Assembly (NCBI GenBank): GCA_009695285.1
Contig: SIBH01000030.1
Location: forward strand, 1-22,289
DNA length: 22,289 nt
From: Pedosphaera sp.
Lineage (GTDB): Bacteria; Verrucomicrobiota; Verrucomicrobiia; Limisphaerales; SIBH01
Direction: 5' to 3'
Shown here: piece by piece, positions 1 through 9,300 of the stretch
Layout of the letters: every line of letters begins with the position of its first letter
How positions within the stretch are numbered: the first letter of the stretch is position 1
The notes under the pieces: generated by a model
Databases searched by the model: none
The model's input: only the letters and a program-made list of their open reading frames with translations
Told to the model about the DNA's origin: nothing
Made by a program: the position numbers and the translations under genes

Positions 1-3000
1 GTTGGTGCCGGAGTGGGCGTTAGTGGCGGCGATGACGCTGGTGGCGTGGTAGGAGCCGACGCTGGTGAAGAAGTTGGTCAACGAGGGCGCCCCCGACAAC
101 GGAGTCTCGAAGTCGCCGTTGACGATAAGGTTGGTGCCAGCCTCGGCGAGGTTGCCGTTGGCGAGGTAGAGGTCGTCGAGGTAAACGTCGCCAACTTCGG
201 CGAGATAGAGGAGGAGGCGGGGAGTGCTGCCAACGGTGCCGGAGACGGAGGTGAAGCGCAGGTTGTAGTTGGTGAAGCCGGGCACGAGCATGCCGGGCAG
301 GTTGGTGCCGGGGGTAAAACTGCCGGGGATGTAGCTGCTGGCCCAGTTGCCGACACGGCTGTTGTCCTGGAGGGGATCAATCAATTGCAGAGAGGAGCCG
401 GTGCCGTTGGCGTTGGTGGACCAAGGCGCGGTGTTTTCGTAGCGAATCTGGTCGATGATGACGTCTTGCGCGGGAGTGGTTCCAGGCTGGGTGAGAGTAA
501 GGGTCTCGCCGTCGTTTTGCAGTGCGCCGTCGAACTGGCCGAAGGGGGCTGGTGCGCCGGGATAAGCGGCCAGATAGGTCGGGAGGCTGCGCGCGAGCAC
601 GAGGTTTTGCCCGCCGGTGAGGTAGCTGCCAAACGGAAAGGTGTAGTCCAGCCCGTTGATGCGCCAGCCGGACAAATCGAAGGCCGTGGACCGGGAAGTG
701 TTGAGCAGTTCGACGTAGGCGGCGTCCGGCCAGGCGGGGTTGCACATGATTTCGTTGAAGACGACCTTGCCGACGGCGGACGGGGGCGAGTTGGTGTAAC
801 TGACGGTGATGGTCTTGGTGAAGTTAATGAGGGGTTGGTCGCGCACGTCGTAGGCGAGGAGCCTCAGGACGTTGGTGGGCGTGCTCATGGGCACGCGGAG
901 GGTCCAGCCGGTGAGGGAGGTCCAGGCGACGGGCCAGGCGACGCCGTTGAGCCAGATGGTTTTCACCTGCACGGGCGCGGTGCCGGAGAGGGTGACGAGG
1001 TTGGTGCCGGTGATGATGAAGTTGGTGCCGGTGACGGCGAAGGGGGCGTTGCCGCCGAGGCCGTTGATGGTGTTTTTGGCATGGTCGCCGCGTTGCTGGA
1101 TGTAGTTCAGGCCGCCCGCGCTGGCGAAGTCCTGGCCCAGGGTGAAGTCGTCGTAGCGGTTGAACCAGTGGGTCATGTAGGCGGTGTTGAAGACGGTGTT
1201 CACCTGGTCGAGCATGTGGCCATAGAAGAGGCGCTGGATGGAGGGGACGGCGTTGACGATGCGTCCGACGTTTTGGTCGCCGATCAGGCCGGAGGTGGAG
1301 CCGCGGTTGAAGGAGAAGTCCATGTCCCACAGAAAGTAGAGCATCCGCAGATCAGACGGGCGCTGATAGGCCATGAGATTGTGGTTGTTTCCGAATGAAT
1401 ACATGTCGCCCACACCCATGAGGCTGACGATCGCGTAGGAGCGCATCCATTCATCCCAGTCGGTGGTGAGGCTGGTCTGCGGTTCAAGCGTCGAGCCGCT
1501 GAGGCTCCAGCTTTTGGCGAAGGTGATGAACCGGCTGTAGTCATCCGTGTTCCGATGGTTTTTGAGAATGAAATTGTAGCGGTAGGTTTCCTTGTTGCTG
1601 CCGAGGTCGCCGAAGTCCACGCCTTGCACATTGTCCGGCTGCGGAAGTTTGTAGCCGGCGCCGTTGGCGGTGGTCGGGTAGTAGATCAGCTCCAGCTCGA
1701 AGAGTGTTCCGTCGGAGCCGTTCTCGAAGGCGGTGTCGAGGAACTCGTCCTCGAAGCGCGGCGAGAAGATCGCCTGTCCAGTCTGCGCGTTCTGCGGCGC
1801 GAGCACGCGGCAGATGTCGGGGTGCGTCATCGGCACGCCCGACTGGAGTGCCATGTGGCGGAGCAAAATTTCCTCGCAGGTCGGACGCCCGCTGTTGGAA
1901 CGGTCGATCAACATGACCGGATGGACGCCGCGGAACAGGTCGTCCGGCTGGAACACAAGGTGGAAGCCGACGCGGCCCGGATCGTTGCGCCCGCGCTGGC
2001 TGCTCTTGAGATGCACGGACACGTCATAGTAGGCGCGGCTTTCGTTGTAGATCACGGTGCAGGGCAGGAGTTCATTGCTCATCACGTTGGTGTCGGCATG
2101 GAGGAGGGAGGTGTTGGCGGGCGTGAGGATGATGCGGACGTTGTGGGTGAGGGCGAGGTTGGCCTGGCTGTCGTTGACCTTGTAAAGCGCGCCGGAATTT
2201 GTCCGGGCGGCGGGGAAAGTCGAAGCCGCGCCCAACCCGTCCACGGCGAGTACGTAAAATTGCACCACCGTGCTGGCCGCCTGTCCGGGAATGCTGCCCG
2301 AGTAAAGCCCGCCGCCGGTCGCGGTCATCGCCGCGCTCGACCACGCGCCGCCGTTAGCGGACCACCAGACCTGGCAGTTGGTGACGCCTTGCGCGTCTTG
2401 AGCAACGACGGAAACCGTGACCGCCGCATTGGCCGCCGGCACGACCGGCGAGTGCTGGAACTGCGCGAAGGCCGGCCCGACATTGGTGGCGTAACGGGAA
2501 TTTTGTGCGCCGGGTGTGCCGTTGAGCACGGCGGCCGTGAGTTCGGTGGAGCGCGCGACGCGGTTGAAGTAGAGGCGCGTGTTCAACCGGTTGTTCCCCG
2601 CGATGTGCCGCGCGCGGAAGGAGATTTCGTAGAGCGCGCCGTTGATCACGCTGAGGCCGCCGGTGAGCGTGGCTTCCAGGTGATTGTGCATGTGTTCCTG
2701 CGGGCCGGTCGCGATGAGGTGCAGGACGTGGTTGCCGGCGCTGTCCGGATCGTTTTCCACGCGGCTGCGGGAATGGTTGCCGACATTCCGCCAGCCAGTC
2801 AGGCCGTTCTCGAAGTTGCCATTCGCAATGAGCTGCACCGGTGCGTTGCTCGGCGATTGCACCACGCTGATGTCGTCAATCCAGCACTCGCCATCGCCGA
2901 GCAGGCCGAGAACGAAGTCGCGCCATTGCCCATCCGGGCCGGAGGTCACGCTCACGCTGGCGGTCATGCTGTAGGTGTAAGTCTGCCAGGAAGCTTTGCC

Positions 3001-4383
3001 CGCCTCGTTGCTCGCCGCCCAGGCTTCGGCCTTCGAGTTGTCGGCGCTGGGGTCGCGCAGTTCGAGGCTGGAGCCGCCGCCGTTGGCGAAGGCGGGCCAG
3101 CGTCCGCTGTCGAAGTAACGAACCTGGTCGGCCGGATTGCCGGCGGGATCGCGCAGGATGATGGTGTCGCCGCGGCCGGAAAGGTTCTTGCTGAAATCCC
3201 CCACGATGGTGATGGCCGGATAAAGGGAGCGCAGGTAAGCCGAGTCCTTGGCCACGACGAGATAGCCGCCGGGCGCGAGCGTCTGGCTGGCGAAACGATA
3301 GGTGATGCCGTCGTCGAGTTCCCAGTCGGCGAGATCCACGGAGTAGGTGCTCCGGTTGTAAAGTTCGAGCCATGATTCTTTCGAGGCGGCGGGCGGCAGG
3401 CCATTCATGCCGGGCGCGTCGCGGTGGTTGTACATGATTTCGTTGATCACGATCTCACTGCGGAGCGCGAAGCTGTTGGACGCGCCGGGCGTGCCGACGT
3501 TTGGAAACAGATACGGCCCGGTGCCATCGGGCCAGCGGCCGCGCGCCGCCTTCTTCACCACCACGGCGTCAAGCACGTTGCTGCGTGACGGTGAGAGTAG
3601 ATAAAGTTTGTCGCCGGATTCCGGGTGGAAACCGAGCGTCGTGTTGGAAACCGCGAGAAAGGCGCCGACGGCCAGCGCCGGGCCGGCGGGGAAAACGTAT
3701 TCATGGTTCGTCGCGCCGTCATGCACGATGACGCACCCGTTCAGTGACTGGCTGTTCGTCCCGGAGTTGACCAGCTCCAGCCAGAACCCGGCGTTGGTCG
3801 AGACGGACAATTCATTGAAGACGAGGCCGCGCGGCGGGCCGGCGGGAAAGTTGGTCCGGCCCGGGGTGCCGCCGACCTGCGCGCTCCACGTCCAGTTCGC
3901 CGCCGGCCCGCTGGCGGAATCTGGATCGCGCTTGGCCAGCGACACGCCCGAGCCGTCGGGTGCGACCGGCCAGTCGCCTTCGGTGCCGTATTTCACTTCA
4001 TCTACCACGCGTCCGCTGTTGTTGCGGAGGCGCAAGGTTTCGCCGTTGTTGCCGAGTCGGTTGGTCCCGGTGAACGGGCCGAAGACATTTGTGCTGATTC
4101 CCGTCAGCGCCCTCAGGGTCGCGGGCGACGCGGCGACGAGCACGAATCCGCCCCCGCGCACGATGGTGTTTGAGGCAAAGGTGAAGGCGCTCCCGCCGGT
4201 GATCGACCAGCCGGAGAGGTCCACGTCCACGGCCATCTGGTTGCGCAGTTCGACCCACTCGAACAGCGTCTCGTTGGTCGCGGGGTGGTACATGATCTCG
4301 TTGAAGACCACGGAGGTGTCGGCGCGCAGGGATGGTGTCGTGCCCAGCGCGAGCAGGACGGCGAGGAGGGAAAAAAATTTCAT
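1..4383 (-). CDS. Exported CotH-kinase-family protein with four lamin-tail (LTD) domains, a CBM4/9-like domain and an Ig-like domain. The C-terminus runs off the window (partial, >=1461 aa).
   Basis: My own translation of the minus strand from the ATG (rc of cat at 4381-4383) gives 1461 uninterrupted codons ending exactly at nt 1. GC3 is high throughout. The N-terminus MKFFSLLAVLLALGTTPSLRA|DTS is a classic Sec signal peptide. There are four LTD signatures: VVFNEIMYHP..FEWVELRN..DLSGW, LVFNELSV..WLELVN, IVINEIMYNH..WLELYN..DLADW and VVFNEIMCNP..YVELLN..DLSGW. The central region ends with the CotH-type motif GNNHNLMAYQRPSDLRMLYFLWDMDFSFN. It is absent from the ORF track only because there is no stop codon in the window. 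Confidence 0.8.
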   Translation of the reverse strand, partial: MKFFSLLAVLLALGTTPSLRADTSVVFNEIMYHPATNETLFEWVELRNQMAVDVDLSGWSITGGSAFTFASNTIVRGGGFVLVAASPATLRALTGISTNVFGPFTGTNRLGNNGETLRLRNNSGRVVDEVKYGTEGDWPVAPDGSGVSLAKRDPDSASGPAANWTWSAQVGGTPGRTNFPAGPPRGLVFNELSVSTNAGFWLELVNSGTNSQSLNGCVIVHDGATNHEYVFPAGPALAVGAFLAVSNTTLGFHPESGDKLYLLSPSRSNVLDAVVVKKAARGRWPDGTGPYLFPNVGTPGASNSFALRSEIVINEIMYNHRDAPGMNGLPPAASKESWLELYNRSTYSVDLADWELDDGITYRFASQTLAPGGYLVVAKDSAYLRSLYPAITIVGDFSKNLSGRGDTIILRDPAGNPADQVRYFDSGRWPAFANGGGSSLELRDPSADNSKAEAWAASNEAGKASWQTYTYSMTASVSVTSGPDGQWRDFVLGLLGDGECWIDDISVVQSPSNAPVQLIANGNFENGLTGWRNVGNHSRSRVENDPDSAGNHVLHLIATGPQEHMHNHLEATLTGGLSVINGALYEISFRARHIAGNNRLNTRLYFNRVARSTELTAAVLNGTPGAQNSRYATNVGPAFAQFQHSPVVPAANAAVTVSVVAQDAQGVTNCQVWWSANGGAWSSAAMTATGGGLYSGSIPGQAASTVVQFYVLAVDGLGAASTFPAARTNSGALYKVNDSQANLALTHNVRIILTPANTSLLHADTNVMSNELLPCTVIYNESRAYYDVSVHLKSSQRGRNDPGRVGFHLVFQPDDLFRGVHPVMLIDRSNSGRPTCEEILLRHMALQSGVPMTHPDICRVLAPQNAQTGQAIFSPRFEDEFLDTAFENGSDGTLFELELIYYPTTANGAGYKLPQPDNVQGVDFGDLGSNKETYRYNFILKNHRNTDDYSRFITFAKSWSLSGSTLEPQTSLTTDWDEWMRSYAIVSLMGVGDMYSFGNNHNLMAYQRPSDLRMLYFLWDMDFSFNRGSTSGLIGDQNVGRIVNAVPSIQRLFYGHMLDQVNTVFNTAYMTHWFNRYDDFTLGQDFASAGGLNYIQQRGDHAKNTINGLGGNAPFAVTGTNFIITGTNLVTLSGTAPVQVKTIWLNGVAWPVAWTSLTGWTLRVPMSTPTNVLRLLAYDVRDQPLINFTKTITVSYTNSPPSAVGKVVFNEIMCNPAWPDAAYVELLNTSRSTAFDLSGWRINGLDYTFPFGSYLTGGQNLVLARSLPTYLAAYPGAPAPFGQFDGALQNDGETLTLTQPGTTPAQDVIIDQIRYENTAPWSTNANGTGSSLQLIDPLQDNSRVGNWASSYIPGSFTPGTNLPGMLVPGFTNYNLRFTSVSGTVGSTPRLLLYLAEVGDVYLDDLYLANGNLAEAGTNLIVNGDFETPLSGAPSLTNFFTSVGSYHATSVIAATNAHSGTN
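349..768 (-). other. Fourth lamin-tail domain (aa ~1206-1345) followed by a second CBM-like segment (IVNGDFETPLSG) that runs to the window edge.
   Basis: The sequence VVFNEIMCNPAWPDAAYVELLNTSRSTAFDLSGWRINGLDYTFPFGSYL..GETLTLTQPG..DQIRYEN carries the same LTD motifs as the three N-terminal copies. Confidence 0.5.
1294..2181 (-). other. CotH kinase-like catalytic region (aa ~735-1030) of the giant protein.
   Basis: The segment ALYKVNDSQ..NVRIILTP..YYDVSVHLKSSQRGRNDPGRVGFHLVFQ..GNNHNLMAYQ..FLWDMDFSF resembles the CotH family, which is an atypical protein-kinase fold. It is preceded by CBM4/9-like sequence (ANGNFENGLTGW, aa ~465-625) and by Ig-like sequence (aa ~645-725). Confidence 0.5.
3034..4314 (-). 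other. Three tandem lamin-tail domains (LTD1 aa 24-156, LTD2 aa 186-300, LTD3 aa 310-450) inside the CotH protein.
   Basis: Each has an N-terminal [VI]-[VF]-[IF]-N-E-[IL] motif, an internal W-[LV]-E-L-x-N motif, a D-L-[SA]-[GD]-W motif, and a C-terminal G-[ED]-T-[LI]-x-L block. Coordinates were derived by codon arithmetic from 4383. Confidence 0.55.
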
Positions 4384-4734
4384 GGATCGGAGTCGGCTCC
4401 GGGCGGGCAGGGGAGCGGAGTGAAAATGTCGGGCTGAAGGGAGACTGGCTTTTGCGGCCCTGCGGTACAGGCAGAGTTGCTTTGAGTTTGGATTCACCAG
4501 AGCATTGTTCCGCATCACCGGAGAACTTCAATCACGCTTTGCAGAAATTTCGTCCACCGCTCCTCGGACCTGGCGGCTGGACCTTGCGCGGATCATCGCG
4601 GAGGCGCGGAGGCCGCGGAGATGCGCTGGGCGGAGGCGTGCTGCTGATCGCCCGCCGTTCCGTGATCGAACCGACGGGAAGAACTCTCGCGCCGCGCTGC
4701 GTTCTCCGCGTCAGTTCCGTATCGGCTCCACGGC

Positions 4735-4751
4735 CGGCGGGACGCCCGCCG
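4735..4751 (-). terminator. GC stem-loop (cggcggg-acg-cccgccg) directly abutting the stop codon of the 4752..6044 gene. There is no U-tract, so terminator function is uncertain.
   Basis: A perfect 7-bp stem with a 3-nt loop is seen in the sequence immediately 3' of the TAG at 4752-4754 (minus sense). The downstream sequence is not U-rich. Confidence 0.25.
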
Positions 4752-6044
4752 CTACGGAACCTGTTTCACGGCCTGCTGTGCCGTGATCAGATCAGTGAGG
4801 AGATTTTGGGCGTCCTGCGCGCTGGATCGCAGAGCCTGCTCAATTTCTTCCGGCGTGAGATTTTTGTCCTTCATGATTTTGTCGCGCTTGGCCGCCTGCT
4901 CACGATAAGCCTCGTAGAGCCGCCAGATGGCTTTCTCATCGAGCTTGTAGTTCGCGGCCTGTCTCACGGCCTGCTGGTAGGACGGATCGCGGCTCACCAG
5001 ATAGAGCTTGAACCGTTCGGGTGGCAGCACCTCCTGGACGACCTGGTCGCAACTTTTTTGGAATTCATCGCGCTGCCGGACACTCAACGCCCGCTCCTGG
5101 CCATACTCCAGTTGCATCCGGACCTTGAGCGGATCTAGCACGCGAAAAACTTTCTTGAACTCCTCCTCGCTGGGGTTGAAGGCCCGCAAATCCTGCCGCA
5201 GCGTGGCCGCGGTCGCGCTGGTGCGGACCAGATATTCCTCCAACTCGCCCGGCGTCATCACCTGCCGGAGTTGGCTGCGCATCTCCTCGCGCATCTTGAC
5301 CTCCTCGACCGGATCGCGCGTCCGGCCCTCGGCCTGGCAGGCCGCCTGGTAGGCCCTCAGCCGCTTGGGCAATTCCAGCGTGATCTCGATCACCCGGCTG
5401 AGCTTCTCCAACGGGAACGCGCCCAGCACGGGGCCGGTCAGCGCGTGCCGGAGGCCGGACACCAGCGGCAGCAGCTTGAACTTGTTCGTCTGGTTGGCGC
5501 CCAGATGGCGGGCGAGGAACTCCGCCCGCAGCGTCTCGCGGCCGAGTTGTTGTTCCGCCTCGATTTCCGCCGCCACGCGCAACACCGCGTTCGACTTCCA
5601 CCATTGGACATCGAACTCCATCGCCTCCTGCAGCCGTTTCTGGTCGAACAACTCGTTGACATCGCCGACCACCAGTTCGCGCAGCCGGTTCTCCGGGCAG
5701 CCCGCCGCCCGCAAGGCCTTCAGGTAATCCCCATATTCGAGCAGCGCAAGATCCTGCCAGGTAAACATCCGTCGTCCGCCCGGTGACGTGACCCCTGCGG
5801 TGGCGTTGGTGACGGGGGCCGCCGGGTTCGTGGTGGCGACCGCGGCCGGCAACGGGGACACCGCCGATGGCTCCTTGTCATCCGCCGCCAGCAAAGCTCC
5901 CGCCAGCAGCGCCGACCCGAGCAGCCCCAATCCTTGAGCACGCCCGCCTTGGAACGGATTCCTCCCCGCCCACGAGCGCGCTGGAGATTGGGAAACCGGC
6001 GAAAGGCCGGGGCGCAGCCGGCGCAAATTTTTCGGGAAAATCAT
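4752..6044 (-). CDS. Hypothetical membrane-anchored or secreted protein. It has an N-terminal hydrophobic segment, a Pro/Thr/Ala-rich linker and a charged alpha-helical repeat domain.
   Basis: ORF-track frame 4752..6080. I place the start at the first ATG (MIFPKNLRR..) rather than at the TTG at 6080. GC3 is high through the N-terminal region. The hydrophobic stretch GLGLLGSALLAGALLAADD is followed by PLPAAVATTNPAAPVTNATAGVTSP. Recurring ~80-aa helical units follow, for example LEYGDYLKALRAAG, LEEYLVRTSATAATLRQ and KLYLVSRDPSYQQAVRQAANYK. No family was recognised. Confidence 0.5.
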   Translation of the reverse strand: MIFPKNLRRLRPGLSPVSQSPARSWAGRNPFQGGRAQGLGLLGSALLAGALLAADDKEPSAVSPLPAAVATTNPAAPVTNATAGVTSPGGRRMFTWQDLALLEYGDYLKALRAAGCPENRLRELVVGDVNELFDQKRLQEAMEFDVQWWKSNAVLRVAAEIEAEQQLGRETLRAEFLARHLGANQTNKFKLLPLVSGLRHALTGPVLGAFPLEKLSRVIEITLELPKRLRAYQAACQAEGRTRDPVEEVKMREEMRSQLRQVMTPGELEEYLVRTSATAATLRQDLRAFNPSEEEFKKVFRVLDPLKVRMQLEYGQERALSVRQRDEFQKSCDQVVQEVLPPERFKLYLVSRDPSYQQAVRQAANYKLDEKAIWRLYEAYREQAAKRDKIMKDKNLTPEEIEQALRSSAQDAQNLLTDLITAQQAVKQVP

Positions 6045-6216
6045 ATTCGATGATTCTCCGTTTCCGTTGGTCCGCGTCAATCACGATTCCCTGATTCGTG
6101 CAGCGTCTTGCCAGACCGGCGCGGGCCGGAACTTTCCCGCCGCTGCCCGCCTCCGGCCCGGAGGGCGGGGCGGAGCGCGACCCGTCCCCGGTCGCAGCGC
6201 GTGGGGAGGACTGGCA

Positions 6217-6319
6217 CCGCAAAATTTATCCGCGTCATCTGTTAGTTCACGCGCTGCGGGCGAGGCCCGGCCCGCAGGCTCGACGGAGTCGCGTTCCAAC
6301 GGGCAGGCCGCGCCGTTGG
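6217..6319 (-). terminator. Cluster of three hairpins 3' of pyc. These are ccaacgg..ccgttgg (6296-6319), ctgcgggc..gcccgcag (6254-6277) and cgcgt..acgcg (6231-6253), followed by an AUAAAUUUUG tract. Candidate pyc terminator.
   Basis: Perfect inverted repeats are seen directly in the sequence. The last hairpin is immediately followed, in minus sense, by a U-rich run (plus-strand aaaatttat at ~6221-6229). Confidence 0.3.
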
Positions 6320-6327
6320 GCTGGCAC

Positions 6328-9300
6328 TCAGACGGCGCGCAGTTTGCCGAGGAGGTCTTTGCTCTCGACGTTCTCGCCGACTTGGACGTTGATCTCGCTG
6401 ACGACGCCGTTGGTGCCGGCGTAGATGGTGGTTTGCATCTTCATCGCTTCCATGGTGAAGAGTTTGTCGCCCTTGGTAACTTTGGCTCCGACGTTGGTGT
6501 TGATGCTGGTGATGATGCCGGGGATGGGCGCGGCGGATTGGAGGGGGTCGGCGGGGTCGGCTTTGGGGCGGGACTTGGTGATGACCTTGGCGGTCTGGTC
6601 GGCAATGTTGGTGACGCGGGTGACGCCGTTCAATTCGAAGGTGACGGGGCGGCGTCCGTCTTTGTCCACGTCGCCCAGGCTGATGAGGCGGATGAAGAGG
6701 GTCTTGCCGGGTTCGATTTCGACGCTCATTTCTTCGCCCGGTTTGAGGCCGTAGAAGAACGCGCCGGTGGGGAGGATGCTGACGTCGCCGGACTGGTGGC
6801 AGAATTTGGAGAATTCGGCGAAGACGTCGGGATACATCAGGTGGCTGTAGAGGTCGTCGTCGGTGGCGTCGCGTTTGAGTTTGTGGGCGAGGGATTTTTT
6901 CTCGGCAACGAGGTTGAGGGGGGGGAGGTTGGCGCCGGGGCGGCCTTTGAGGGGCTTTTCCTTGCCGAGGACGACGCGTTGGACGGCTTTGGGCCAGCCG
7001 CCGAGGGGTTGGCCGAGGCCGCCGCGGAGGAGGTCTTTGACGCTGTTGGGAAAGGGGGTGACGCCGGGTTCGAGGTTGACGACGTCGTCGGGTTTGATGC
7101 CGCGGGTGAAGAGGAAGAGGGCGAGGTCGCCGACGACTTTGCTGCTGGGGGTGACTTTGACGATGTCGCCGAGGAGTTGGTTGACCTCGGCGTAGGAGCG
7201 CGCGATCTCGGGCCAGCGTTGGGCGAGGCCCATGCTGGCGGCTTGTTCCTTGAGGTTGGTGTATTGGCCGCCGGGCATCTCGTGGAGATAGACTTCGGCG
7301 CTGCCGGTCTTGGGGGCGGTGTCGAAGGGTTGGTAGAGTTCGCGCACTTGTTCCCAGTAGTCGGAGAATTCGTTCAAGGCCGGGAGGTCGAGGCCGGTGG
7401 CGCGCGGGGTGTGCTGCAAGGCGGCGACGATGGAGTTCAGGTTGGGCTGCGAGGTGGAGCCGCTCATGGAGGCGATGGCGAGGTCAACGATGTCCACGCC
7501 GGCTTCGGACGCCTTGAGGATGCTGGCGGAGTTGACGCCGCTGGTGTCGTGGGTGTGGAAGTGGATGGGGAGGTCGGTGGCGTTCTTGAGGGTCCGCACG
7601 AGGAGGTGGGCGGCGTAGGGGCGGCAGAGGCCGGCCATGTCTTTGATCGCGAGAACGTGCGCGCCCATGCGTTCGAGTTCCTTCGCGAGCTGGACGTAGT
7701 ATTTTAGGGAGTATTTGGAGCGTTTCGGATCGAGGATGTCGCCGGTGTAGCAGATGGCGGCCTCGCAGAGGGCGTGGGTATCCTGCACGGCTTCCATGGC
7801 GACCTTGAGGTTGGGCAGGTAGTTCAGGGAGTCGAAGACGCGGAAGATGTCCATGCCCGCCTCGGCGGAGTGTTTGACGAAGCCGGCCACGACGTTGTCG
7901 GGATAATTGCTGTAGCCGACGGCGTTGCTGCCGCGGAAGAGCATTTGGAAGCAGATGTTCGGCACGCGCGCACGCAACAGGCGGAGGCGCTGCCAGGGAT
8001 CATCGCGCAGGAAGCGCATGGAGGTGTCGAAGGTGGCGCCGCCCCACATTTCGAGGGAGAAGAGTTCGGGGGTGCGGCGCGCGACGGCGTCGGCCACGGC
8101 GAGCATGTCGTAGCTGCGGACGCGCGTGGCCATGAGGGATTGATGGGCGTCGCGGAAGGTGGTGTCGGTGACGAGGAGGCGCTTCTGCTTGAGGGTCCAC
8201 TGGGCGAATTTGCGCGGGCCGAGTTCGAGGAGCAACTGGCGGGTGCCTTTGGCGGGGACGGCCTTGTGGTCGTAGGCGGGGGACTTGATGTGCGGGGCGG
8301 GGCCGGAAGGCTTGTGGCCTTTGGCGTGGGGGTTGCCGTTGACGATGACGTCGCCGATGAAGTTGAGGAGCTTGGTCGCGCGGTCGCGGCGGGGCGTGAA
8401 GGCAAAGAGCTCCGGCGTGTGGTCGATGAGCGTGGTGGTCGCCTGGCCGGTGCGGAAGGTTTCGTTGGCGATGAGATTTTCCAGGAAGGGGATGTTCGTC
8501 TTGACGCCGCGGATGCGGAATTCGCGCAGCGAGCGGTCCATGCGTTGCAGCGCGATGTCGAAGGTCTGGCCCGAGGTGGTGAGTTTCACCAGCAGCGAAT
8601 CGTAGAACGGCGTGATGACCGCACCCGCGTAGCCCATGCCGCCGTCGAGCCGCACGCCGAAGCCGCCTGCGCTACGGTAGGTGAGGATTTTGCCGTAGTC
8701 TGGCGTGAATTTGTTTTCCGGATCCTCGGTGGTGATGCGCGACTGCACGGCGAAGCCCTGGCGCGGAATCTGGTCCTGCGGCGGCAGACCAACCGCTGGG
8801 CCGAACATGACGTGGCCTTGCGCGATGAGGATCTGCGCGCGCACGAGGTCGATGCCGGTGATGACCTCGGTGACGGTGTGCTCGACCTGGATGCGCGGGT
8901 TCATCTCGATGAAGAACCATTCGTGGCGGTCGAGGTCGTAGAGAAATTCCACGGTGCCCGCGTTGTCGTAGCCGATCTCCTGCGCGAGACGCGCGGCGGC
9001 GAGACACAGCTCCTGGCGAACGTGATCGTCGAGGCCCACGCTTGGCGCGATCTCGACGACCTTCTGATGGCGCCGTTGCACCGAGCAGTCGCGCTCGTGG
9101 AGGTGCAGCATGTTGCCGTGCTTGTCGCCGAGCACCTGCACTTCGATGTGCTTGGCGCGCGGAATATATTTTTCGAGGAAGACGGCGGAGTTGCCAAACG
9201 CGCGGCCCGCCTCGGCCTGCGCCTCGTCGAGGAGGTCGGCGAGGTCGGAGGCTTTCGTGACGACGCGCATCCCGCGTCCGCCGCCGCCGAAGGCCGCCTT

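Noticed and set aside
13-4423. Plus-strand ORFs 13..1398, 1555..3375 and 3608..4423 from the track
   Set aside because: They are Gly/Val/Ala/Arg-rich with low complexity. They lie antisense to the continuous, well-supported minus-strand CotH/LTD gene. They are typical high-GC antisense shadows.
4505-4786. Arg-rich 93-aa plus-strand ORF in the CotH upstream intergenic region
   Set aside because: The composition is low-complexity and Arg-rich, with no motifs. It overlaps the 3' end of the 4752.. gene in antisense.
6045-6080. TTG start at 6080 for the 4752.. gene
   Set aside because: An ATG at 6044 lies 12 codons downstream, and the ATG start is preferred. This is uncertain, because GC3 upstream of the ATG is not decisive.
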